In this document: positions 24,493-36,480 of the stretch, piece after piece
Position numbering within the stretch: position 1 is the stretch's first letter
Layout: the number at the start of each line of letters is the position of its first letter
Made by a program: the position numbers and the translations under genes
Notes under the pieces: generated by a model
What the model was told of the DNA's origin: nothing
Databases searched by the model: none
The model's input: only the letters and a program-made list of their open reading frames with translations
Assembly (NCBI RefSeq): GCF_006345805.1
Contig: NW_021828056.1
Location: 1-37,362 of the forward strand
Length of the DNA: 37,362 bases
Source of the DNA: Octopus sinensis
Lineage: Eukaryota
Direction: 5' to 3'

Positions 24493-24764
24493 CACACCAC
24501 CACCACCACCACTACCACCACCACCACCAATGGTATCAACTACAGTAATAACGGAAACAGCGATAACAGCAACCACCACGACCATCACACCTACTGCTGA
24601 TACTACTATTACTATACTGCTGCTGCTACTACTATTACTACTACTACTGCTACTGCTGCTGCGGCTACTACTACTACTACTACTACCTACTACTACTACT
24701 ACCACGACTACTACAACTACTGCTGCTGCGGCTACTACTAATACTACTACAGCTGCTGCTGCTG

Positions 24765-24807
<43 letters not shown>

Positions 24808-24913
24808 AGCTGCTGCTCGTGGTACTGTTGCTATTACTACTACTACTACTCTCTACTACTACTACCACTACTACTACTACAGCTACTGTTGTTGGGTCTG
24901 CTACTATTACTAA

Positions 24914-24947
<34 letters not shown>

Positions 24948-24950
24948 TGA
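24493..24950. repeat. (CCA)/(CTA)/(CTG) compound trinucleotide tract
   Basis: Directly visible. Confidence 0.9.
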
Positions 24951-25473
24951 GGCTGCTATTATAACAAAGCATCAACCAACAGCAATGGCCTCAACATAAA
25001 TAGCAACAACAATAACGACAAAACATCAAAGACTACTACTACTACTACTACCACTACTACTACAACTACTACAGCAACGACAGCAACTACAACTACAAGA
25101 ACTACTATAAAAAAAGCAACAACAACAACAACATCAACAAAGATGACGATAACGCTATCATGGAGAGTACATAGAATTAGCATGGCGGACGTGATTAACA
25201 AGTCTTATCAAGCAGAGTTTGTGAAGGTATCGCAGAGGCTGGTGTCGGTGGCTGAAGCAGAATTCAGCTGTCCAGCGTTGTTGTATCAATGAGTGGGATT
25301 TCGTTAAGTGATTCCACTGACCAACACGTCATACCATGCTGTGACAGCGTGCAGTCGTATAGATTAAATAGCTGTAATTAAAGTTTAATTAATTAGAATG
25401 ATAATGTAATTAATACACTGATCATTAAGATGGAATATGCAGGCAGACATTCGGTAAATACATATACATATAT

Positions 25474-25494
<21 letters not shown>

Positions 25495-25521
<27 letters not shown>

Positions 25522-25673
25522 GAAATGCATGGTAATAAAAACGACAGATAAAAAGTGTATACGTACACAACCGGACGGGAGCAGACGCTGAGGGTTATAT
25601 ATATATATATACGCACACACATACACACACACATACATACATACATACATACATACATACATACATACATACA

Positions 25674-25704
<31 letters not shown>

Positions 25705-25963
25705 GCATATGTGTGTATATACATTCATACGTATAATTACATATATTTAAAAGATTGGTAGAAAGATACATATTCACACACACACACACACACACAACAC
25801 ACACACACGAGCATGCACACCTGTATATGTGTATGTGCGTGTGCACATAGATAAATACATACATACGCATACATGCAAAAACGCAAACACATACATGTAC
25901 TCAGTGATACAAACACACACGCATAACACACACACAGATACACACACGTATTTAATATATATA

Positions 25964-25999
<36 letters not shown>

Positions 26000-26184
26000 T
26001 GTATGTATGTATGTATGTATGTATGTATGTATGTATGTATGTATGTGTGTGTGTATGTGTGTGCGTATATATATATATATAACCCTCAGCGTCTGCCTCC
26101 CGTCCGGTTGTGTACGTATACACTTTTTATCTGTCGTTATTTATTTACCATGCATTTCTTCATATATATATATATATATATATA
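25495..26184. repeat. Near-identical inverted repeat (about 210-bp arms incl. microsatellites, about 260-bp spacer)
   Basis: Unique core 25518-25596 is the reverse complement of 26080-26163 with only small indels; flanking TA, CA and TACA runs are mirrored. Confidence 0.9.
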
Positions 26185-26330
26185 AACTTCCATGTATACG
26201 TATGTGTGTATATATTGTATATATGTGTATGTATATATATGTGTGTGTTTGTGTGTGTGTGTAACTACGCATGGATTGTTGGCAATATTTTTCCTCCGTC
26301 TTCCTTTTCTCTTGGACTATCTTCTGTCTT

Positions 26331-26369
26331 CTGTGTCTGAAGAAGAGCTTTGCTCGAAACGTAAAACAC
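26331..26369 (+). ncRNA. Minimal type I hammerhead-like motif
   Basis: CTGTGT-CTGAAGA-A-GAGC-TTT-GCTC-GAAAC-GT-A-AAACAC: intact core with one extra A, 4-bp stem II, loopless palindromic ACGT stem III, GUA triplet, stem I with one G.A mismatch. Confidence 0.5.
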
Positions 26370-27481
26370 TCTTTCTTTCCTTCCCTGAGCATCTTATTAA
26401 TACTTTGCTTGTACCACATCCTCGCGTTGTTGTTTTTTATATGTCTCTCGAACACAGTATCATACAATCTCTATACTTACACACACACACACACATACAT
26501 GCCATACGAATCATTAATATAGCAGCAGAATTAGCAGAGATTAAATGAATCTCCGTCGATTTCGGCGATGAGCATTCCAGTTGATCAATCAGTAGAACGA
26601 TCTACTCATTGTATGCTCGTATAAGTGGCTGGGTATACTACAGACACAAGTATCCTTAACATAAATATTCTCATGCAAAAATCCTTGTACCACAATATAT
26701 GAAGAGGCGAGGCTAAACCTTTAGATTTACGAATACACCACCCCTAGATCGATTCCTGGCAGTTTTCGTCTCCCAAACTCACCCTCAGGGCACAGCTCGA
26801 CTTTATGTTACGATGATAGGTACTTACACAAGACATCGCATAGTGGAGACGAACCACGAATCTAACTGTTTAAACAGACGGCCGTGCTAGAACCTATAAA
26901 GTATGATTGTAGGGGCAGATGAGGTGGGTAGACCTGAACATACCACCCGAGTCTCGGTCGGTAAGTATTCCAAGATGAGATTATTATGTAGAATACAAAG
27001 AACGATGTTTTGATTATTCTTATTTAATTATTAATGAAAGTCTGACGACGAAGGGGTTGAGATGGAGAAGGAGAGGAGGAGGAAAGGTGGAGGAGGAGAA
27101 GATGGTGAGGCAGAAGGGGATTTTTGTGAAACGATAGTCATCTGCATTTGAATAATGATCGAGGTAAACTATAATGACCGCCATGATCGTGGTTACGACG
27201 ACGGCTACAATTATGAAGATGCAGCGACGACGACGACGACGATGATGATGATGATGATAATGATGATGATGACAAAAACGACGACGATGATAACAGTGAT
27301 GATGCTGTTGCAGCTGAGAGTAATTATAACGAGGAGGATGGATGTGATGTTAATGATGGGGATAATGATTGTGATGATGATGATGACGACGACGAGAAGG
27401 CTGGCTATGTTGATCATGTTGAAGAAATTGATAGTAACAACCGCAATAATATTTGTATGTGTGTGGTGTGCCTCTGTGTGT

Positions 27482-27526
<45 letters not shown>

Positions 27527-27760
27527 TCCTGTGCGCGCGTGAGTGTGTGATGACCATGGATTTAGTATTGAAAGGTGCAAGAAACTACCCAGAATGAATT
27601 CATATTGGAATTCCTTGGTGCTGCAAACCACAACAAGCTTTTCATTATTTTCTTTTTCTTCTTTTTCTTTTTTTTGTCTCTTTTCTTAGATTTGACATTA
27701 CTTTCACAATAGACACAGAAATAAACTCGAAACAGTCCCAACGCAGTTGACTGAGTTGTT

Positions 27761-28139
27761 TCAGCAATAATGACTGCATGCCAAAACCAAAATTAATATT
27801 GCTGTAGGTGCATAATGCGGAATCAGCTTCAGGATTTTCGTTCCGAAACTGGAAAGATGCTTTGCCATTGATTTCACCTTCTTTGCAACAACAGTTGCAG
27901 CACTTCCATCATGCTGTTCAACCTGGGTATTACGCAGGAACTCACTAGCAAATTTTTTGGCCTCCTTCATGACAGAATAACGCTTCCTACGTCTCTCGTA
28001 GTTTTCAACGTGTTTTAGCATCCAGTCGTTAGACCTTTCAAGAAATTTGGCCAGTCCAACTGTGTTGCTTTTATAAGAGATTTCAAATTGGATCACAGAG
28101 CAGGTCATTAAGAGCCTCAACCGTATCTCAGCAAGGTCC
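27761..28139 (-). CDS. Candidate terminal coding exon of an unidentified protein with a hydrophobic C-terminus
   Basis: The frame is stop-free over 27761-28174 in high-complexity non-repeat DNA and has a TTAG|G acceptor at 28140/28139. It encodes DLAEIRLRLLMTCSVIQFEISY..ENYERRRKRY..APTAILILVLACSHYC*. No family recognised. Confidence 0.4.
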
Positions 28140-28438
28140 CTAATTGATGCCCAAGAATGGTATCGAGACCAGGGTCAAGTTGAGCAGAATGAAACGAATG
28201 GACGTGGCTGATTCGACGCCGATGTTTTGGCTCGGATGACTTAACATTCAACCAGTATTGGCGACAGTACTTTTTGGCACTGGAGGCAAAAGCACACACG
28301 CACATAAATATGCACATACAGATAGAAAGAGTGAGCGAGAAAACGAGAGGGGTGGTACATTATAATCTATTAATTGAATACGATTGACATAAACCCCTTC
28401 CCTCACCTTGTATACATAAAGAGAGTGTTTTTATTTTT

Positions 28439-28531
28439 TTGGTCTTCGTGCATAGAAATGGCAAATTAAGGGGTCTTCTATAAGAATGAAGCTGTTTCCC
28501 TTAATTTTCCATTTCTATACCCGAAGACCAA
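28439..28531. repeat. Short foldback (34-bp arms, 25-bp loop)
   Basis: TTGGTCTTCGTGCATAGAAATGGCAAATTAAGGG versus CCCTTAATTTTCCATTTCTATACCCGAAGACCAA, with 3 mismatches. Confidence 0.8.
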
Positions 28532-28859
28532 GTACAAAACATACAGAAATAAGTTTACGAAACGGAGTTTATCTTAACGAGATACCTCTTGAAATAACCT
28601 GAGGAGACACATCTACTCCGAGGGGTACACTTAAACTAGTTGCATAGTATTCCACTCGCGAGGGATCGATGCTAGATGAGAAACGATTGTAGTAATCAAT
28701 AAAGATTCTCGTATCTTCCATCTTCCGTCTCTCTCATTAATTATATACCCAACGAACACGAAGTCAGTGAACGTGCTTTACCGGCAAACTACCAGGTTCA
28801 TATCATGATTTATTGAACACTAACTATATACTTATATATATAGTTGTAAATATATATGC

Positions 28860-28893
<34 letters not shown>

Positions 28894-29655
28894 TACTATA
28901 TAATATATATATATATATACATACATACAAAGGATGTTTATAATATTATTCCACAGCCATACCAACATCCAACATACCTCCATCATCAGGTGCCCCACGG
29001 ATATCACTATGGTTTCGACACCTGGGTAGTACCATTCAATCCAGAGGTGTCAACAGCACTAAAAGAAGTGTTGTTTGGAAACAAACAAACCAAAGGAAGC
29101 ACACCTTTCAAACCCATTTACCCTATGTACAACCGAATCGATAAACAAATTTAATAAATTACAACCAACTCCTAAATACGTAACTAAACAGCGACAATTT
29201 ATTAAGTCATACAATAATTATGATCCCTACCGTCTTCCGTAGAATAATATAAACGTAAAAGCTTAATAAGCACATTATTTCAATAAATCAATTTATAGGC
29301 AGGATTAAACACTAACTTTAATAAAACAACAACAAAGAAACATATAAACCAATATACATTGTATCGGTATTAATAGTAAACTGCAATAGCTAAACTATAT
29401 GCTAAAATGCAATCTTTAGGTCCATACAAATAATAATCCTACCAGTCTTCCATAGATACTACTACAATGACAGTTGAAGCTTTATAGAAATCTCTCCAAA
29501 ACAAAACAAACACGATTGAAGTTAATTTAACTAATATTTTTATGAGTGAAATACGTTACCTCATCATTCAAAGTTATTATATACATACATGCATATATAT
29601 ATATATATATATTATATAATATATATATATATATTATATATATATAATATATAAT

Positions 29656-29838
29656 AAGTAATACTAAGCAATAAGGGTTTAGCAACGAGTTGCCTTACCA
29701 CATACCGAATTTAGAAATAGCAGTCAAAGGGTTATAGCTATTTCTAGAAGAAATAGCTATAACCCTTTGACTGCTATTTCTAAATTCGGTATGTGGTAAG
29801 GCAACTCGTTGCTAAACCCTTATTGCTTAGTATTACTT
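29656..29838. repeat. Perfect palindrome (two 90-bp arms, 3-nt spacer), same family as the 10990-11503 element
   Basis: 29656-29745 is the exact reverse complement of 29749-29838 and shares ACCACATACCGAA(G)TTTAGAAATAGCAGTCAAA with 11093-11180. Confidence 0.95.
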
Positions 29839-29977
29839 TTTTCCTCGAATGAGCTTTTACATGCCGAAGACTACTTGGTGTAATTGATAATTTTTCCAAA
29901 TTAATTAATTTCACCCTTCATTATTACGATATATATATATATATATATATATATACGCACGCACACACGAAAACACA

Positions 29978-30198
<221 letters not shown>

Positions 30199-30639
30199 TA
30201 TGCCCGTGCCTTTTATTGACTACATTTTTAGAATTGATACAAAATTTACTAGAATTTTTTCAAAGTGTATTTGCTCTAATATGTGCCGTGGGTAAAAGCA
30301 AACCGTTTGGGAACCGCTAATCTAAGGTGTTCCAAGCATGACCAGCAGTTCTATTTAGTATTTTCAAGCAGATTCACCATCAATATGGAGATTCAACAAT
30401 TTTTGCTCGATTAAGAACAATTTTAGGCGAGTAACTATTATTATGGGACCAGGAATAGTTTTCAGCTGACTGGGTTTGAAAATGTTAATTATTGTATTAA
30501 CCAGTGTATAAGAGAGACCCTTGCATTTGACGAATCCCTATTTCACAAAGTTACTTTATAGAAAAAACAAATTTAATGTGTTTCATGATATTATAGGATC
30601 AGGCAAGGCTTCCCAACCATTTGGTCTTGAATACACTCT

Positions 30640-31015
30640 GACTAGGTGACACTTTTTGTAAATGTGTTCTACTATAGCCTCGAACCGACCAATGCCTTGT
30701 GAGCGGATTTGGTAGACGGAAACTGAAAGAAGCCCATCATATACGCGTGTGTATGTGTGTGTGTGTGTGTGTCTTTTTCTCTGTGTTTGTACGTCGTGAC
30801 TGTGTTTCTCTCCCACCACCACTTGACAACCGGTATTACTGTGTTTACATCCCCGTAACTTAGCGATTCGACCAAAGAGACTGACAGAATAAATACCAAA
30901 CTTAAAAAAGAAAATAAGTAGTGGGGTCGATTAGTGCGACTAAAATTCCTCAAGGCGGTGCCCCAGTATGGCCGCAGTCTAATGACTGAAACAAGTAAAC
31001 GTTAAAAGATAAAAG
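30640..31015 (+). mobile_element. SINE family A copy (5' end decayed)
   Basis: CTACTATAGCCTCGAACCGACCAA..GGATTTGGTAGACGGAAACTGAAAGAAGCCC, TG linker, then 3' half ending GACTGAAACAAGTAAA. Confidence 0.85.
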
Positions 31016-31151
31016 ATACACTTAGTGAAAGGTATTTTAAAGTAGTTTTGGACGGGAAAACGCGTGATTCTGGGCATCGAAATACAATATTATTGACATG
31101 GGATGCTGGGATGAAGAAGGAAACTGTAAATCTATCATATACTCTCTTTAC

Positions 31152-31372
31152 TCTTTTACTAGTTTCAGTCATGTGACTGTGGACATGCTGGAACACCGCC
31201 TTTAGTCGAGCAAATCGACCCCAGGACTTATTCTTTGTAAGCCTAGTACTTATTCTATCAGTCTGTTTTGCCGAACCGCTAAGTTACGGGGACGTAAACA
31301 CACCAGCATCGGTTATCAAGTGATGTTGAGGGACAAGCACAGACACACAATCATACACACACACACATATAT

Positions 31373-31446
<74 letters not shown>

Positions 31447-31598
31447 ATATATATAATACGACAGGCTTCTTTCAGTTTCTGTCTACCAAATCCACTCACA
31501 AGGCTTTGGTCGGCCCGAGGCTATAGTAGAAGACACTTGCTCAAGGTGCCACACAGTGGGACTGAACCCGGAACCATGTGGTTCGTAATCCTGCGCCT
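31152..31598 (-). mobile_element. SINE family A, near-complete copy with internal (TA)n expansion
   Basis: Reverse complement of the family A sequence seen at 32711-32864 plus 33255-33460; B-box GGTTCAGTCCC at about 31558-31568; short deletion in the head. Confidence 0.9.
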
Positions 31599-32087
31599 AT
31601 GGATTTATAAACTATTTTAAGGATATATAAACTATTTTAGGGTAGTAACGTATCTCTACGACATTATCTTCTTTCAAATCATCAGAAATATTTGTTTATA
31701 TTACTTTGGTCAATAGAATTATCAAACAGGATGTAAAACTCGTATTTTTACTTGTGACGTCTTATGCAAACGCAATCAACCACCTGCATGCTGCACCATC
31801 GCTATAGCTTTGTTGTCATCCAAAAGATGACAAATGGATGGAAGTTTAACATTCAACTTTGTAGGAGAAGTTTTCATTCAAACAGTAAAAAATGTTTCTC
31901 AAAGGTTACACAGCCATTGAATAATGTAAGACACACATCAGGTGTGGGTTACATAAAGCTAGGGAAGGGGTTATAAAGAGATGAAAAACTCCCCACATAA
32001 ATGCCGTACCTTAAGCAAATTTTCATAAGTTTGTTCTAATGGACTGTGATAGTTTGACTTGTTTTTCAGTATTTAATTATTAGTGAA

Positions 32088-32295
32088 GGTGGCCAGCTGG
32101 CAGAATCTTTGGCACGCAGGGGCAAACGCTTAGCTGCATTTCGGACGTTCCGAGTTCAAATCCCGCTGAGGTCAACTTTGCCTTTCATCCTTCTGTAGTC
32201 GATAAAATAAATGCTATTTGGACACAGAGGTCGCTGTAATTGCCTGAACCTCTCACTCGAAATTGCTTGCCTTGTGGCAAAATTTGAATCGAATA
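32088..32295 (+). mobile_element. SINE family C, diverged copy
   Basis: Aligns with 21342-21557 (GCTGGCAGAATC, GAGTTCAAAT.CC, CTTTGCCTTTCATCCTT, GTCGATAAA). Confidence 0.8.
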
Positions 32296-32577
32296 TTTAA
32301 TTATTAGTAACAACTATTGTACTTAATGGACTTATGCTTATCCGGCTCACTAGCATACGGCACTCGGTCTCCTATCTGTTATATGGCCACATTTGACGCA
32401 GATTAATTTTCAGGGTCTATCTAAACATAAACAAAAAAGCCCGTTGTACATTGGCGAATATGGTATAACGGAACCAATGAAGGGTGAACAGAATGATGAA
32501 TAAATAATTGGGTGTTTGCGCGTTTGAGAATATGTTTATGTGATTGGGTATGTATATGCGCGTGTGCGTGTTTGTGA

Positions 32578-32616
<39 letters not shown>

Positions 32617-32710
32617 CATATTCATTCGTAAGTATAGAAGTGAGTTACTGCCATCTCACTACTCTCTGTCATAAATATTCTAGCGTGTACCACGTGTAAA
32701 TGTTTTGTTT

Positions 32711-32862
32711 GGCTACGTGGTAAGAAGCTTGCTTACCAACCACATGGTTATGGGTTCAGTCCCACTGCGTGGCACCTTGGTCAAGTATCTTCTACTATAG
32801 TCTCGAGCCGACCAAAGACTTGTGAGTGGATTTGGTAGACGGAAACTGAAAGAAGCCCGTCG

Positions 32863-32945
<83 letters not shown>

Positions 32946-33178
32946 TACTTGTTTCAGTCATTTGACTGCGGCCATGCTGGAGCACCGCCTTTAGAGTGGT
33001 GAAAGAGTACAGCAGGATCACCACCATCCCCTGCCGGAGCCTCGTGGAGCTTTTAGGTGTTTTCGCTCAATAAACACACACAAACGCCCGGTCTGGAATC
33101 GAAACCGCGATCCTCCGACCGCAAGTCCGCTGCCCTAACCACTGGGCCATTGCGCCTCCACATATATATATATGTGTG

Positions 33179-33229
<51 letters not shown>

Positions 33230-33460
33230 GTATGTATGTATGTATGTATCTGTATATGTTTGTATGTCTGTGTTTGTCCTCCCAACATCGCTTGACAACA
33301 GATGTTGGTTTGTTTACGTACCCATAACTTAGCGGTTCGGCAAAAGAGACCGATAGAATAAGTACAAGGCTTACAAAGAATAAGTTCTGGGTGTCGATTT
33401 GCTCGACTAAAGGCGGTGCTCCAGCATGGCCTCAGTCAAACGACTGAAACATGTAAAAGA
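32711..33460 (+). mobile_element. SINE family A copy interrupted by a family B SINE
   Basis: 5' half 32711-32864 (B-box GGTTCAGTCCC at 32753-32763) and 3' half 33255-33460 flank the insert within the TA linker. Confidence 0.85.
32905..33160 (-). mobile_element. Young tRNA-derived SINE family B with a 40-nt poly(A) tail
   Basis: Minus strand GGAGGCGCAATGGCCCAGTGGTTAGGGCAGCGGAC..GGTTTCGATTCCAGACCGGG has A-box 33139-33149 and B-box 33095-33106; T40 at 32905-32944. Confidence 0.9.
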
Positions 33461-33775
33461 ATAGAAGAATAAGAGAGCAAATGAATACGGACATGCATGA
33501 ATATATATATTTTTCAATGTATATGCGAATGACTGTACGTATATATGCACATATGTATGTATGATGCGTATACGTATGTTTGCATATATGTATACATGTA
33601 TGCTTGCATGCTTGTATGTATGAATATATGTAAAAGATCCTCCTTCGGGGTTTCGAAGATGATCATTGACCTTGCTCAGTCAGTTAACAACGCTCCCGTT
33701 AAATTTAGGCGTAGGGGATAGCTGAGTATTCTACAGCTATCAGGGATCCTTAAGATAATCCTCAGCGGAAATGAC

Positions 33776-33868
33776 ATAATAATAATAATAATAATAACAA
33801 TAATAATAATAATAATAATATAATAATTAATAATAATAATAATAATAATAAAATAATAATAAATAATA

Positions 33869-33942
<74 letters not shown>

Positions 33943-33972
33943 TAATAATAATAAATAATAATAATAATAATC

Positions 33973-34023
<51 letters not shown>
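33776..34023. repeat. (AAT)n microsatellite, about 250 bp
   Basis: Directly visible. Confidence 0.95.
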
Positions 34024-34027
<4 letters not shown>

Positions 34028-34560
34028 CATGCTCATCCCACTTCCAGTCTTGGATCATTGAGTACGGCTTGGTTTCTTGCCCCATGGTACTCACATACAG
34101 CTAGGTACACTGAACGAATAGGAAGTGACAGCGACATAGACACGGGTACATCATACGACGTTGATTCTTCCGGTTCATAGTTTGGTGTTTTGTTCATCAA
34201 TCTATGATTCTTGCATTCTCTTTCATGCAAACACATGCATTTGAACACACACATACACACATGAACACATATGCACACATATACATGCATTATACACTAC
34301 AAGAACACACACACACATACATATACATATATATACTTAGCGATTCATCAAAACTGAACAATACAATTAATTACCCGACTTCAAATGTGTGTGTATGTAT
34401 ATATATACATATGTGTGTGTGTGTGTGCATACATATGTATATATATATATTTAAATTATATATATATATATATATATTATACACACATACATACATACAT
34501 ACATACATACATACATACATACATACACACATATATACATACATACACACATACAAAATA

Positions 34561-34641
34561 CTGGAGTCGATTTGTTGTAAAATCCTCCAAGACGTCGCCC
34601 CAGCATGGCACCAGTCCAATGAATGAAACAAGTAAAAGATA
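34561..34641 (+). mobile_element. 3' tip of SINE family A
   Basis: GGAGTCGATTTG..CCCCAGCATGGC..CAGTCCAATGAATGAAACAAGTAAAAGATAA. Confidence 0.7.
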
Positions 34642-34734
34642 ATGTGGGGGGGAGGGCGCTCATGAATGCCCCCACACACACACTCACACACACACACTCT
34701 ACGAAACAAATAAGAATGACCAGTTAGCACTCAC

Positions 34735-34823
34735 CTTGGTCCTATGATGTTCGTTACGTATCCAGTTTGGAAAGAATTCTGATTCTTCAGTTGATGTGGG
34801 AGAACGTCATCTCGGTTCTCATT
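34735..34823 (-). CDS. Candidate upstream exon (5' boundary uncertain)
   Basis: Island of complex sequence ending in a consensus donor CCAAG|GTGAGT. Open frame NENRDDVLPHQLKNQNSFQTGYVTNIIGP+AG is phase 2, matching the 28139 acceptor. No convincing acceptor or in-frame ATG at its start. Confidence 0.3.
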
Positions 34824-35064
34824 TGTGTGTATGTGCGTATATATGTATGCATAATACGTGCATATAAATCTATATATGTATATATGTATATATGTGTGCA
34901 TGTGAGTATATATATATGTGTGTGTATGCGTGTGTGTGCGTGTGTGTGCGTGTGCGTGTATTTATATATATATAGTGGAAAGAAACTCGGGGAGAGCGTA
35001 ACAGCAGGTGGTCCTCAGAAGAGAAACCCCCTTTAAGCAAGTGTTTCGGCCCTTGACTCCTGAC

Positions 35065-35162
<98 letters not shown>

Positions 35163-35363
35163 CGTGCGTGCGTTTATATGTATATACTTATTTATATATG
35201 AGTTGTATTTTTTTCATGGTTCAGCCAGAGAAAGAAAGACACTCCCATACTCTCTTTAGGGGTTTCAAGGCAGCGCCTAGGGCGTTATCCTCAGACCGGA
35301 AGACCCGGTTCAGAGGCGTATATATGTATATACTGTATATATATATCTGTGTGTGTGTATGTC

Positions 35364-35398
<35 letters not shown>

Positions 35399-36400
35399 TG
35401 CGTGTGTGTGTGCGTGCTTGTAAATATTTACGTTTATATGAGTTTATGTCGAGGAAAACGCGTTTCTGTATATGAAGCCGAAAGTGCTTTAACAAACCAT
35501 TTGTTACCACGTTTTAAACTTCGTTTCTTTAATAGCTTGTGTGTATGCGTATGCGTTTGAAGTTTGTGTCTGCGAGTGTGTGTATGTGTGTGTGCGTGTG
35601 CTTGTGTGTGTGTGCTTTTTACTGTGTGTAGATGTGAGTGACTATTTTAAAAGCCGATGATAAAAATCCTGAAACTTCACTTCTATAACATGTCTCTGCA
35701 TACAATTGTACGTGTATAGCTGTGTGTGTGTGACTACGTGAATGTCTTTGTACGTATGTGTCACTGCGTATGTGTGTGTGCGTGCGTGTGTGTGTGCGTG
35801 TGTGTGTGATTACACATGTATGTATATATACAAATGCTTGGGTGTTGTTTTGAGCAGATGTGTTTATGAAAAATAGCTTGATATGCAAAGTTGTACATGG
35901 CATATGTGTGAGTGTGTGTGTACGTATGTATGAGTGTTATGTATGTATGTACGTATATATATAGATGTATGTATGTTATGTATGTTATGTATGTATGTTA
36001 AGTATGTATGTATTTATATATGTATACATGTGTGTATGTATGAATGTATGTATGTACGTACGGACATGTGCATATGATTGCGTGAGTGCGTTGGACAGAG
36101 GGAGAGAAGGAGAGAGAGAGGATGAAACAGAAGAAGAAATGATCAGTGAGTGATGGGTGCTGATGATGATGATGATGCTGTTGTGGGGTGGAGGGATTGA
36201 AATCTCTTGAAATTCAGTTTTATTTGTACGTATGCGTATGCGTGTGTGAATGTGCGTGTGTGTGTGTTTATATATATACATATGTATATACATGTATATA
36301 TGCATGTACGTCTATATTTCTGGGAATGTGTGTGTGTGTGTGAGTGTGTGCATAAGTATACTTCTATATATGCATCTATCTGTCTATGAAGGTTTGTATG

Positions 36401-36480
36401 TGTGTGCATGTGTGTGCATGTGTGTGCATGTGTGTGCATGTGTGTGCATGTGTGTGCATGTGTGTGCATGTGTGTGCATG
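36401..36480. repeat. (TGTGTGCATG)8 perfect decamer array
   Basis: Eight exact 10-bp units. Confidence 0.95.

Noticed and set aside
25182-25292. Short plus-strand ORF MADVINKSYQAEFVKVSQRL.. with good start context
   Set aside because: Only 36 codons, weak donor and no recognisable family; chance is likely, though RNA-seq would settle it.
27690-27760. Strong plus-strand acceptor after a polypyrimidine tract
   Set aside because: All frames stop within about 60 bp; the tract is equally explained as A-rich sequence downstream of the minus-strand ORF.
28983-29055. Hammerhead-like parts (GACACCT/AGGTGTC-GAAAC and a separate CTGATGA)
   Set aside because: Neither type I nor type II topology gives a valid stem I or cleavage triplet.
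32009-32042. Possible 34-bp minus-strand micro-exon (PLEQTYENLLK)
   Set aside because: Purine-rich acceptor, and its phase-0 end is incompatible with the downstream candidate exon.
33087-33160. tRNA gene
   Set aside because: It has A and B boxes but no proper acceptor stem, and continues into a SINE body with poly(A); it is a SINE head.
34033-34215. Complex island with minus-strand ORF KTPNYEPEESTSYDVPVS..
   Set aside because: No clear splice pair or family motif.
35005-35320. CTGAGGA and GAAAC motifs on the minus strand
   Set aside because: No stem II closure or stem I pairing.
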